DNA of 44,320 nt, filler included, from Catajapyx aquilonaris (GCA_000934665.2; 2 parts of 2 records of this genome joined end to end with filler, not necessarily neighbours in it), one strand, 5' to 3'. Shown: positions 1-11,356, counted from the whole stretch's first letter. The notes: generated by a model from the sequence alone, not told the origin. Made by a program: numbers and translations.

Positions 1-468
1 GCGTAAGTCCGACGTCTCTCCGACCCGGGGAAGTGCGAAATCTTTTTCATCCTATATCCTCCTCCTCGGCGTGGGGCTTTATATATATTAGATTAGATGT
101 GCGCGAGTGCATGCGAGTCGAGGCGGTAGAGATTGTGAATTTCTGTTCATACAATAATAAATTGGGGTTTTTTTAAATTGCAAAGGTATGGGTATGTTGA
201 GGTGGGCAAATGCATATTTCCCAGCCAATGCAAAGGTGGGATTGCAGATTGGTCACAGGGTATAGGGAATCACAGATATGTGAATGCACAGAGGAACGGG
301 TGGGGTGGGGGGTTTGAATATGATTGGCATCATCACTGGCAATAAGTCCGAAGAGATTGAAAATACGGTGGGCACTGTAGGCCACAGGCCTAGAAAAGAG
401 CGAGCGAAGTGAGTGGTTTTCTAGGCCAGCGCCCTAGGAAAATGCGAGCGTAGCGAGGGTTTTCCTGG
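1..468 (+). mobile_element. Helitron-like non-autonomous element, 3' part (5' part precedes the window)
   Basis: About 90-468 is homologous to about 1025-1402. It ends in the doubled terminal unit CTAGAAAA..GCGAGCG..TTTTCTAG / CTAGGAAAA..GCGAGCGTAGCGAGGGTTTTCCTGG (CTRR end). Confidence 0.7.
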
Positions 469-1402
469 TCTATAATATTAAAATGCTTGCATTGCGTGTA
501 TAAGCCCTCTTGATTGGTCGTCCCCCATATTGTTGCCACCACCGCTTCTTATTGGCCCCATTAATTGTTACCTGGACGAATTGTTACCATGATTCCTCCA
601 ATTGGCCCCGTTCCGAGCATGCGCAATGGGTGGAAAGAACGCCACAATCGCTTGCTGGACGTCAACGAGGACACATCTCTCCCATGAAGACCCCTCTCCA
701 TCCACCATCCTCCATCCACGTCTTCACGGTGACCTCACAACAGGGGAGGGGGAGAGAAGGGGGGAAGGAGGAATGGTCGAATTGGAACGTCGTAAACAAA
801 CCGGACATAGGCACGGTCGGGATGTTGTTTATCACTTTATCAGTGGTGCCAACTCCATGGACACTGAACCCGGGATAGGTCGAGAACGTCAAAAGAAAGT
901 GTCGGGGAGAATGAAACCAGTGTTTTGATCATCTAATACAAATGCTGCAGAGTTCCATGGACGTTTATAATAGGAGAGAGTCATGAGCAGTGAGAAAAAC
1001 GTGATCGGAAAGTGTGCATATAATTTAGACACGTGTGTGAGTGCATGCGAGTAGAAGCGGTAGAGGTTGTGAATTTCTGTTCATACAATAATTGGGAGTC
1101 TTAAAAATTCAAAAGCTATTGGTAATTGAGATGGGAAAATGCATATTTCCTAGGCAATGCAAAGCAAAGGTGGGATTGCAGATGGGTTGCAGGGTACGGA
1201 ATCACGGATATGTGAATTCACAGAGGAACGGGTGGAGGTGAATGCATATGATTGGGGGATGGGGATCATCATTGGCTATAAATCCGAAGCGATTAAAAAT
1301 ATAGTAGGCACTGCAGGCTGTAGGCCTAGAAAAAAGCGAGCGAAGTGAGTGGTTTTCTGAGCCTGCGCCATGAAAATGCGAGCATAACGAGGGTTTTTCT
1401 AG
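469..1402 (+). mobile_element. Helitron-like non-autonomous element, complete, in a PSMA7 intron
   Basis: Starts TCTATAATATTAAAATGCTTGC (5' TC) and ends ..GAGGGTTTTTCTAG|T. No TSD. The same 5' module occurs at 7218 and about 19740, and the same 3' module at about 9560-9632 and 21730-21808. Confidence 0.78.
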
Positions 1403-1618
1403 TTAGAATATAAAAATGCCATATGCCAAATATTTTGATTTGAAGGTGGAGACGCTCTGATCTGTCGTGGAATTACCCTGTTACCCTTTCCTTCCAGCCT
1501 TCTCCTGGCTAGTGTTTCTAATGTATTTTCTTTGCTCCTGAAGTTTGAAAATTTGCCATGCAACAAAATAAAGGGTGATTTACAAGGTGCATATGCTAAT
1601 CGTTTAAATGTATTTCAG

Positions 1619-2454
1619 GCAAATGTGACTGGACGCAGCGCCAAGACAGTGCGGGAGTATCTGGAGAAGGTGTATACCCCTGAGGATGTGAGCACTGAGG
1701 CTAAGACTGTGAAGATGGTAGTTAGAGCCCTGCTGGAAGTTGTCCAATCAGGAGGCAGGAACCTCGAGATTGCTGTCATGAGGCGTAACCAGCCCTTGCA
1801 GGTCAGTTTTTGTAAACACTATTACAGCATTTAATGCCAAAGTGGAAACAAGCCTTAGCTGCAAAGGAGAGGAAAATTATTACCAAGTTGTATGCAGTTG
1901 CATCTTACTTCTTGTTAACTAACTTGGACTCAAATTTTGAGGCATATGGTCACGTTCAGAAGGAGTTTTACAGTGGATAGTTATTGCATCATCATTAGCA
2001 AAAAACAGGTGCATAGTCCTAACAAGTACTGTAGCAGTGCACATAAGCAGAAAAGAATAGAAATGAAAAGAGTGAAATATATTGTCATGTGGTAAATGAT
2101 GTGGATGCTGCCAGTATTGACTAACACTAAGATGAATATGACATAGGCATTAGGGGAGTTAATCAATAGCTGCTCACTTTTTCTTTTGCTCATGTCAATG
2201 GATTATTTATTCTGCTATGATTTTTACTTTGTTTCATGGTAGGAGTCACATTCATGATACTTGGCTGCAATGATTTCCATGATATGTGTCTTGGCTTGTG
2301 AAGTAGTTCATAGACTTGGGAGTTTACATTAATACATTAAAATTCTTATGGACTCATGGCACAGATGCTGGATGTGGAAGAGATTGAGAAGTATGTGGCC
2401 GAGGTGGAAAAAGAAAAAGAGGAGGAAGCAGAGAAGAAGAAGCAGAAAAAGTAG
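1619..2454 (+). CDS. PSMA7: Proteasome subunit alpha type-7 (alpha4), last two coding exons: 1619-1801 and 2365-2454; upstream exons lie before the window
   Basis: Exon 1619-1801 (ttcag| ... |gtcagt, 183 nt, phase 0) reads ANVTGRSAKTVREYLEKVY...VVRALLEVVQSGGRNLEIAVM, the conserved alpha4/PSMA7 C-terminal region. Exon 2365-2454 (acag|) reads MLDVEEIEKYVAEVEKEKEEEAEKKKQKK*, the typical charged tail. Confidence 0.95.
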
Positions 2455-3522
2455 TTTTTTTTCCATGTTCATTATTATTGTTCATTTGGGGGATCATCAA
2501 GGTGGAAAACAATTAAATACTGGATTTGTAATACCCTCGTTTATTGAAGGCACAATGGCTACCTGAGCAGAGGTTAATAGCATATAAAATGCACCATAAC
2601 AGCAATAAATATGGACGTTGTACTCACAAGCATGCTCTGCATCACCTAGTTCAACTAGGCTTGCAGATGACCATTTGAATGATACCTTCCTGTAAATGGA
2701 ATGCATATGAGTTACAGCTGGAAATGTTACTTCAGATAATTTCAGTAAAGTGCAGCAAAATTACAATGATAAAATTATACAAAACAAGTACGTAGTCCAC
2801 AGGCTACCACTGGGAAGTACTGATAATGTAAGTGGCTTAGTACAATTTGCTGTTGACCAACTCTTAAAGTAAATTTTAAGGGAGACAGCTCTAATAATGT
2901 CACAAGTGGATTAGAAACCTTGGCATACTTTAGGCTCTTAAAAATACATTTACTTTATAGGGTAATAAATTATATCATTGCACACAAGACCACCTTCTGT
3001 AGGTACTCATTTTCAATCTCAAATCACATTATCTATCACAGAATTACTGTACTTATCAAGAGTGTGAGGTAAATATCAGCACTCTTGCATTATATGACAC
3101 AGCAGGAGTGTGAACTCCCTGGAATCCTTGTTTTCAGTTTATTTCAGTGTCAAGCAACTTAACTAGTCCTATGTACATGCACATATTGCAACAAGCACAG
3201 ATGTACCAAATAATATTTACATTAGCATTTAGATAGCAGACAAAAATCAGGTTGTGATACTTCCAAACAATGTGAAGTCACACATAATAAAATGGAATGC
3301 TGCACGCTGCTTTGATTTGCAGGTGGGTGTCTGCTGTTCATAAATTACACAGGTCATGGATTAGCAAATATTTAGGTAACATTTACAAATGAAATTGAAA
3401 CTAATTGCTAGTGAACCTAGCATCATTGTCATGCAGTATTTAAAAATATATACATTCTCTACATGACACCTCATGTTAACATGCAGCGAATGGGTATGAG
3501 AACTTAGGAATGAAACTTTAAA

Positions 3523-3819
3523 TCAGTCTTCAGCAAAGATGCAGCTTGGCAGAGTGTTGGGAACATTGGCGATGAGTTGGTACTCAGGGACAGGGGGGGT
3601 TTTCTCCAGTAGGCACTCAATTTCATTTGTAGTCATCACACCTGCCTGTGGAGATTTTCATATTTTAATTTTCAATATGAAGACACTGATCACACCACTT
3701 ACAGTAGCATGGGTAGGCATGCGCCGGCGGCCAAGCTTGCAGTTGAGGATGCCTTGTGAGACTTGGCCATCAGTGCAGACGGCAGCAAATGGTGTGAAGC
3801 CTTCAAGGTCCTTCTCAAT
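3523..3819 (-). CDS. Two putative terminal coding exons of an unidentified gene: 3819-3703 and 3645-3523
   Basis: Acceptor catttctcag, then a 117-nt open exon IEKDLEGFTPFAAVCTDGQVSQGILNCKLGRRRMPTHAT, then a gtaagt donor. A 57-nt intron ending ctccacag follows, then a 123-nt exon AGVMTTNEIECLLEKTPPVPEYQLIANVPNTLPSCIFAED*. Phases agree and GC is higher than in the flanks. No family recognised, and upstream exons could not be threaded. Confidence 0.5.
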
Positions 3820-5556
3820 CTGAGAAATGCTATGGAGATGGTCACAATATTGATGCAGTATCAGTATTTATGGAGATGAGTGTGGCCTTCCAGATGTGGA
3901 GCTACATCATTGCTAAGTATTATTGGTACGACATATGAGGCATTTCATAATGAATCCTACAACATTTTTGAGTGAATTCGTGGTTGCCAATGATCACTTA
4001 TATGTGGAGGTGCTATTTGATTTCTGCAGCCTTGTTACTGAGATAATTAGCTTTTTATCATGTAGTAGAGCATATCCTGCAATCTGTCCTCTCAGGGGAT
4101 CAGTAGAAACTGCATTCTCTCCATCCGACTGGTACAATAATGAACACTGTATGGTAAGAATTCTCCGTCAAAGGATCCCTTTGAAGATTGATTTTGTTGT
4201 GTACCACAATAATTTTTGCTAGTTGTTCCTAATAATATTACATGAAAAAGTGAAAATTAATTATTAAATGTATTCAGTCTGAGTAGTGAATATCTGGGCT
4301 TGAAAGCATAGAATTTTTCTCCTTTTTTGTATCTAAGATGGTCACAGAAGGCACCAGGAATCTGCAAGAATTTAAGTTTAAATTAATATGTCAATGAAAG
4401 ATGATGGTCAAGCTTTTGAGACTCATCTTGTTCACTAAAACTCATTTAATAAAACCAATTTCTTTCAAGGCCTGCTGAACAAAGGGGCAACCACTCCAAT
4501 GGGATCTTTCAATTGGGAATCATACATGCGCACATTTTAATTTTATTCCATTTTTGTTAACAACATACAACTAAAGAAATTGGCCATTATCAGCCCTAGT
4601 CATAAAAATTCAATGAAAAATTTGGCAAGCCCTTAGCTCAATCTTGATCATTATAAAGGAAAAAGGCAAACTCTCGACTTAACAAGCCCAGATTTTCACT
4701 GCTCAGGCAATTGGTATTTAATATTTAAGCTTCAATTTGTCATGAAATAAGCACAACAGCCGCTAAAAATTATTATCATGGTACACTGCAAAAGCAAACC
4801 TTTGTCATCACAATAATTAAATCTTACAAAAATGGTTTGAAGTGATGCCCACTGGCTTGTATGCTGGCCATACAGCATTGTAAGCTATCACTGACTGGCA
4901 TTGCACTTACAAAAAAATCCTGTGATTAACTGTCATTGCCAATCCATAGAGGAAGTTGCACTAACACCTTGTCACACTACCACAAACACTGGCAGAAAAT
5001 TATTACTGAAACGGTGAAGGTGCAGGTTGAAAATTCATCCACATCATTCTGTTTGAACTTGTGGGAAGTGCAGTGTAGGGTACACTCGCAAGTTACTCCC
5101 ATCCAAGGAGGTGAGCACCAAGAGCCCTTTGTCTCACTCCATGCTGCACTAAACTGTTCAATGTTGCTTCTTCAAAGCCTTTAGCAAGATTGAATACTGC
5201 TATGGCATCATCAGTCCATATCGAACTCTGTGCAGATGGACTAAATACAATATTGCCAAATGCACAACTTAGCTGATTGACATCAAAAGTAGGTCATGAT
5301 CAAGGTGAGGTTTAATCTTCTTGGGGCCTAGGTTGTGTGCTTTCCAATTTCAGACATTCTGGATTTATTGGATGTACTGCTTGTGTGAGTAGATCACAAG
5401 CATTTCAGGATAATGCTACCTTGCACATTAGAAGTTCATTATCTCGTAACTTAGTTTGTGAAGGGGCAACACCAACCTTCATATAGTCATCCACAGAAAT
5501 TCGCCCCAGAAGTTAAGCAGCCATTATGAAACACCCTGTTTAACTAGGTAATACTG

Positions 5557-6228
5557 TAATGGGGAAGTAGCCTTGGTCTGGGATTTGGGATTTTTGTTCA
5601 TAACTAGCTAGCCCAGGCCTGTAAACATACATTCCATCACTCTGTTGCATCAAAATGACATTACAGGATAAATTACAGCACATTTAAAAGTGCCTTCAAA
5701 ATTGGCGGGAAAAACGCGGAAGCCAATCGAAGGGGTACACTGAAGTGCCTGTTTGACTGCGAGATATGAGGAATTTGACTTTGAATTAACCGCGGACACG
5801 ACGGAAAGCATTCGCAAGGCGGCTGTAGGCCATCGAGGTGGAGAAAAGGGGCCTTCATGTGCCGAATTCGGGTGACAGATAATTCCTACCAGTTGGCACC
5901 ACTGTCAACCCAGAAGCGATGTGAGCGGCCTGGAATAAATACGCGCCCCGGCCGCTATCTTGCTCACGGAATGGGACGGTTGCTAACAACAGCGAAGCAT
6001 GTTACGACAATGACGGGGCGCGTTCTATAACACCATTTTTGCGTTCATTTCACTTCGCGTGACGTCAATATTTTCTAGGGAAACAGTGACGTCACCATTT
6101 CCCTACATAAAAACGCCAATATCTCCGGAACCGAAACTGATATCTTAAAACGGAATATGCCAAAAAAATCCAAAAAATATGGGCGAATTTATTATGCAGT
6201 TTCCAAAATGAAGGCTACTTCCCCATTG
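5557..6228. mobile_element. TIR-bounded non-autonomous DNA element, superfamily uncertain
   Basis: Perfect 17-bp inverted repeat AATGGGGAAGTAGCCTT (5558-5574) / AAGGCTACTTCCCCATT (6211-6227). The interior is CpG-rich with two TGACGTCA sites. No clean TSD. Confidence 0.55.
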
Positions 6229-6844
6229 TAAGAACTATGAAAGAACATTGTAGGTTATATGGTGAAGTTTGATGGGCAGACTTGGCTCTATCGTTTGCAG
6301 GATTTGCCTCACACTTTCAGAATCTGCAGGCTAGGCTATAATTATGAGAATGGGCTTAGTCCATGCCCAGCCTAACCACCTAGGTGCATTGTAAAGAGAT
6401 CAATACACAAGAGTCTCTGGGATGTCACCCTAATATGCACATTTTTCATTTTTTAAATCATAGGGGCAGTTTTATCAACACAAAATTAAGGAAATTTTCC
6501 AATCTTGTATGGCTTTTCACAATGCATTATCAGATATTTTTTCTGTGCTTTGCATTCATACAACCATCTCTTAGATTGCTTAGACCGCCAATTCCAGGCA
6601 TTCTGTAGATTCCTGACTTTATTTGCTAGGAATTATTATGGGCATTGTTTTCAACATAGCATATTAGCAATAGCCGTGGAGTATTTTGCTATGGGAACTA
6701 CTTGCCCAAACTCATAATAATTTGCCCCCCCCTCCAAGAAATGGAGTGGTGGGGCTATAAACAAGATGGGATTAAAAGTTTCCATTGAGATTATATGCAA
6801 TTTAGAATGAAGAGTTATGAATTATTATTATTATTTTTTTTACG

Positions 6845-7174
6845 TTACCCCGTGATAAGGCTGAGCCTTTTTAGGGGGGTGGAATACCACCATTTCACTC
6901 CATTGTCCTGTATTAGCTTCATTCACCGGTGCAAGGAGTCAAGGATGTAGGGTAGGGGTAGGGATTTTTGGGGAGGGAACATTGGTGCAAGTGCAATGTC
7001 AGTAAAGGGGTCATGTGCTGTTCCCCAGGAGGTTAGGTTGCCAGACACCTCCAAGGTGCAGGTCAGAGACCCTCCTGACGCAGGTGAAAGGAAAGTTCCC
7101 CAGGCGGGGATCAAACCTGGGGCCTTTCACTCAGCAAGCCGAGACGTTACCATCTCGGCCATCTACACCTCCCC
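6845..7174 (-). mobile_element. tRNA-derived SINE, family A (subtype A1)
   Basis: The reverse strand has A box TGGCCGAGATGG, B box GGTTTGATCCC, the family body and the tail GGTGGTATTCCACC...ATCACGGGGTAA. Highly similar to 8833-9164. Confidence 0.88.
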
Positions 7175-7982
7175 GTTGAATTATGAATAATAACAATTAA
7201 GGTAGGAGGATACCACATCTATAATATTAAAATGCTTGCGTTGTTTGTATAATCCCTCTGATTGGTCCGCCCCCGTATTGTTGCCGCCACCTCTTCCCAT
7301 TGGCCCCCGTCCATTGTTGCTGCGTCGTATCCATGACGCATTGTTACCACGACGCCTCCGATTGGCCCCCGTTCCGAGCATGCGCAGTGGGGGTGGAACA
7401 CGTCCAGTTGCCTACTGGCCTCCTTGGGAGAAGGTCTCTTTTTTTCGTCTCTCCCGCCGCCGTCATCGTCCCCCTGCCGAACCTTTACCCTTTCCCCACC
7501 TACGCTACCTGTCCCCCCTTCGCCACGGGTCACTGATGGTTATTGAAAAATGGCTGTAGGAACTGGTGGAGACGGGTGGAGGATAATGTAAGTTCGAAAT
7601 TCGAGCATTTTGGCGGCTTACAGGGCTCAAAATCCATGCAAAATTTTCATTCACACAAATGTAATAGCCTACCATAATTGCTGATCGGGCTGCTTAGGAA
7701 CTGCGCGGTGCTTTCACAGATGGGAAGTACCTTGGGAAGTACAGTACACTGGATCTTCGGGGCGCTTCTTGCCGTGCAGTGTCGGAAACTGACTACCGTC
7801 GAATGCGTAGAATCGAACGTAAGAAGGCTGGTTGCAAATATCACGCGTTCGAATATTATTAGCCTGGAACGTACTATATTGTTGGATTTCCAGACAGCCA
7901 ACTGGCAGGTTGTTTATTTATACAGTCAGTGAAGGTCATTGAGTGGGCACAACTGGCAACCAACAATAGAATCCAATAATTA

Positions 7983-8381
7983 CACTGTACTCCCTATTAT
8001 CAGGGTGCGGATAATACGTGCATCGCCATAATATAAACATTTACGTCCGAAAAAATGTCTCGAATTTTTGTCCCACTGCTAGGTAGTGCATACTGATAAG
8101 TTAGCAGTGGTACGGAAAGTCCACCCAATATCAATATCAATGTCTCACCAACGAAAAAATATACAGTATACCATACTTTCTCTAGAAGGCAAAGTAAAAA
8201 TCTATAGTAAGTTTTATTTTTTGGATTAACCAAGCAAGCAGCATGCTCTTTGTACAGTAAAGTACATCAACAACCTGTGAATAGCTCCCTTTCCAGGATC
8301 ATTTTCCGATTGTCCGTGTTTCCCAATTATCTGGCAACACCCGTGCAGTCATTAGCTTGGATAATAATCGGGAGTACAGTG
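7983..8381. mobile_element. Tc1/pogo-type MITE nested in a Helitron
   Basis: Inverted ends CACTGTACTCCCTATTAT / ATAATCGGGAGTACAGTG, with TA on the left side. Confidence 0.55.
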
Positions 8382-8682
8382 TGCCTATGTGTACAGACTG
8401 TAGGGTCGCCCAGCTGTATTGTTGTATAAACACTGGGTAAGCTCGGTTCGCCACCTTGAATCGCACCCATCATTGGAACCACAGATGGGAACTGTATTTT
8501 CAAATTGCGCACCCTTAACCCTTTCACAAGTTTTTGGCAGGTTTTTGGGCCGTCTCTTTCCTTCTTTTTGTTCAAAATTCCATGTAGGAGTGATATTAAT
8601 GAATAACAACTTTGAGCCAAAATGAATCATTTAAATTCGTGGTGGTCCTTTTGATTGTAAAATGCCGGAGAAAAATTCATAT

Positions 8683-9210
8683 AGAGGGTGTCCCGCAAAA
8701 TAAACTTTTTAGAATCGTCCGGCTCTCAGAAAGTCGATAGGCCTCACAAGTTTACTCAGTGACTATGGTACATTGTTCTTATGGTTACATAATATTACCA
8801 CAACACTGTACTATGATAAACTCCCAAGGGTCGGGGAGGTGTAGTTGACCGAGATGGTAACGTCTCGGCTTGCTGAGTGAAAGGCCCCAGGTTCGATCCC
8901 CGCCTGGGGAACTTTCCTTGCACCTGCGTCAGGAGGGTCTCTGACCTGCACCTTGGAGGTGTCTGGCAACCTAACCTCCTGGGGAACAGCACATGACCCC
9001 TTTACCGACATTGTACTTGCACCAGTGTTCCCTCCCCAAAAATCCCTACCCCTACCCTACATCCTTGACTCCTTGCACTGGATATTGAAGTTAAAATCTA
9101 GAAAAATGGAGTGAAATGGTGGTATTCCACCCCCCTAAAAAGGCTCCGCCTTATCACGGGGTAACTTTGAAAAACTCCCAAGAGTCCATACTTTACGGGG
9201 CACCCTGTAC
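8683..9210. mobile_element. Tc1/mariner-type MITE interrupted by SINE A
   Basis: Degenerate TIRs AGGGTGTCCCGCAAAATA / TACTTTACGGGGCACCCTG|TA. Confidence 0.5.
8833..9164 (+). mobile_element. tRNA-derived SINE, family A (A1)
   Basis: A box TGACCGAGATGG, B box GGTTCGATCCC, tail ATCACGGGGTAA. Flanked by a 22-bp TSD-like direct repeat with 3 mismatches (8811-8832 / 9165-9186). Confidence 0.9.
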
Positions 9211-9685
9211 TGAGGGAACATGTTTACATAAACGATCACGTGGGAGCAACATGACCTTGGCATATACGACTCGACTTGGCGGGAACAGGGGGGAGGGGGG
9301 GATCTGGAGTTGCCATGGTACTTGAGTCACAATCCAAGAGATGGCAGGAGCATATTGAACCGGGTTTGGCACTGAAAAGTTCGCCTTCTCTATGCACATC
9401 CTCGAGGGCTGAATTCACAAACCATCAGGACATCGTAATATTATGATGTATTAGCCGTCAAAGGTTTAATATAAGGAGGGGGGAGGTCGGGGGAGGGGAG
9501 TATGATGAGGATAATTGTTGGGTGAGCATCATTAAGAACATGGCCTACACCGCAGGCCGCAGGCCTAGAAAACAGCGAGCGAAACGAGTGGTGCACCCTA
9601 GGAAAAGGCGAGCGGAGCGAGGATTTTCCTAGTTTGAAGTTAATTTGACAGTAGGCTAATGTTAACAACTGAAATAAATACGTTA

Positions 9686-10231
9686 TACCTTGGACAGTGA
9701 ATTTCTGTGGGGTCTGGTAAATATTGCTGCCACTACGTTTATTTCTTACTTAGCGGGATGTAAATGTTGATGACGAACCTCAGGGGCCACACAAACCCAA
9801 AACCTGTATGTAAATTAATTATAAAAAATCTACCATGAAATTTAAAATATTTATAGCCAGTGGATTGTTTTCCGAAATTGATACACTTTGCTGTACCACA
9901 TTTAACAGTGTTATTTATTAATAAATTAAAATGCCATAGTATTGTTTATTTAGAACTCAGTCCAATGTGCTATGATTAAAAATTTCAATGCAATTAATGT
10001 AAAATGGCTTTAAAAATTCCTCATTTCAAAAATGCATGGAAAATTTCATATCTGCAAGCCGTGATAAATGTTTTTAAATTCCATGGTAGATTTTTTGTAA
10101 TTAATGTCAATACAGTTTTTTGGGTTTGTGTGGCCCCTGAGGTTAATTATTAAAATTTACGTCACGCTAAGTAAGAAATAAATGTAGTGGCAGTAATCTT
10201 TACCAGACCCCACAGAAATTCGCATAAGGTA
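9686..10231. mobile_element. Foldback MITE with imperfect inverted arms of about 160 bp
   Basis: GAATTTCTGTGGGGTCTGGTAAA..CCTCAGGGGCCACACAAACCCAAAA (9699-9850) is mirrored at 10065-10221. Confidence 0.8.
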
Positions 10232-10561
10232 CAGGGTGATTCTCTCGAATGGAAACCCAAACATTCCTCAATAACTTTTTAACTATGGTATGGTTGAAAA
10301 TTGACATCCCCCTTGCGAAGCGGGCGGGCGGGCTGGAGATTGAGCCATTCCCGCCACCAGTCGGGAGGAGTTGTCGGTAAAGATGCAGACTCGCATAAAA
10401 AAATTCCTGGATGCTGGAGGGGACAACTTTTGATATATTCTTTAGTCAGACCTTGTTTGGCATGATACAAGGTAAGTACATGTCAATTTTCACCGGGAAC
10501 CATACCATAGTTAAACAGTTATTGAGGAATGTTTGGGTTTCCATTCGAGAGAATCACCCTG
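10232..10561. mobile_element. Tc1/mariner-type MITE
   Basis: TA|CAGGGTGATTCTCTCGAATGGAAACCCAAACATTCCTCAATAAC ... exact reverse complement ..ATCACCCTG|TA. Confidence 0.9.
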
Positions 10562-10619
10562 TATAATCATATAACTTTGGTATCCTCCTAGATCTATTGT
10601 TACTATTTATAATTATCGG

Positions 10620-10725
10620 GTGGTATTTTTGTCCCACTGCTAGTTACTGCTAACATAGCAGTACCAATGCACTACACTGGTACTGCTAAGTTAGCAGTAA
10701 CTAGCAGTGGAACGAAAATTCCATC
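10620..10725. repeat. Short palindromic element; related shorter copy at about 8063-8123
   Basis: CCACTGCTAGTTACTGCTAAC..AGCAGTACCA / TGGTACTGCT..GTTAGCAGTAACTAGCAGTGG. Confidence 0.7.
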
Positions 10726-10919
10726 CATCTATTCTAAAGTCCAGATAAAATCGTAATGGAAATATTTTATCACATCTTGTTTATTACCCCACCACTCCAT
10801 GTCTTGCGGGGTGGCTGAATAATTATGAGTGTGGGCAAGTATCAACAGGGAGCTCTTGGTTCTCAGATCTACCATCTCTGATTCTCTGTGTAAGCAATTT
10901 TGTGGAATTTCAAATTATA

Positions 10920-11356
10920 CAGGGTGTATCAAAACTCTACCGTAAGCCATGTACCAATGGCATAAGGGGCACCAGAGCATCATTATATGTAGAGGAGTCA
11001 TCATCTCTAGGCAGCCACATCACGTAGATAATTGATCATTTGCGAAGTAGCGATTGCGCTTAAGCGTGATTGTAGAATAGCAGTGCATCTGGGGGGAACT
11101 GCATTCTAAGAGCCCTTAGTGACTACCCCAATAGCAGTGTGGCAGTAGCCCCCCAGAAAATAGCTGCGACATCACCTGTGATGCGATTGGCGGCTGAAGG
11201 TTTGCATACCTGCCAGGATATTTTATACCTATTGGTTGAGGTCAATTATCTCGGTCATGCGGCGGCCCAGGCCTATGATTCCAATACTGTATATGATCAT
11301 CTGCTGACCATTACGCCATTGGCATATGGCTTACGGTAGAGTTTTGATACACCCTG
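10920..11356. mobile_element. Tc1/mariner-type MITE
   Basis: TA|CAGGGTGTATCAAAACTCTACCGTAAGCCAT ... ATGGCTTACGGTAGAGTTTTGATACACCCTG|TA. Confidence 0.9.

Larger units (their letters stand above)
7218..9632 (+). mobile_element. Helitron-like element, 2.4 kb, carrying nested MITEs and a SINE
   Basis: A|TCTATAATATTAAAATGCTTGC ... GAGCGAGGATTTTCCTAG|T, consistent with insertion into an AT target without TSD. Both termini match the 469-1402 copy while the interior differs. Confidence 0.72.

Noticed and set aside
3760..3819. VCTDG as a transposase catalytic motif (hAT or P-type)
   Set aside because: The match is too short, the remaining catalytic residues are absent, and the segment ends in a stop soon after.
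6845..9164. Composite transposon bounded by inverted SINEs
   Set aside because: No outer TSD was seen, the right SINE has its own TSD, and it lies inside a Helitron that the left SINE is outside of.
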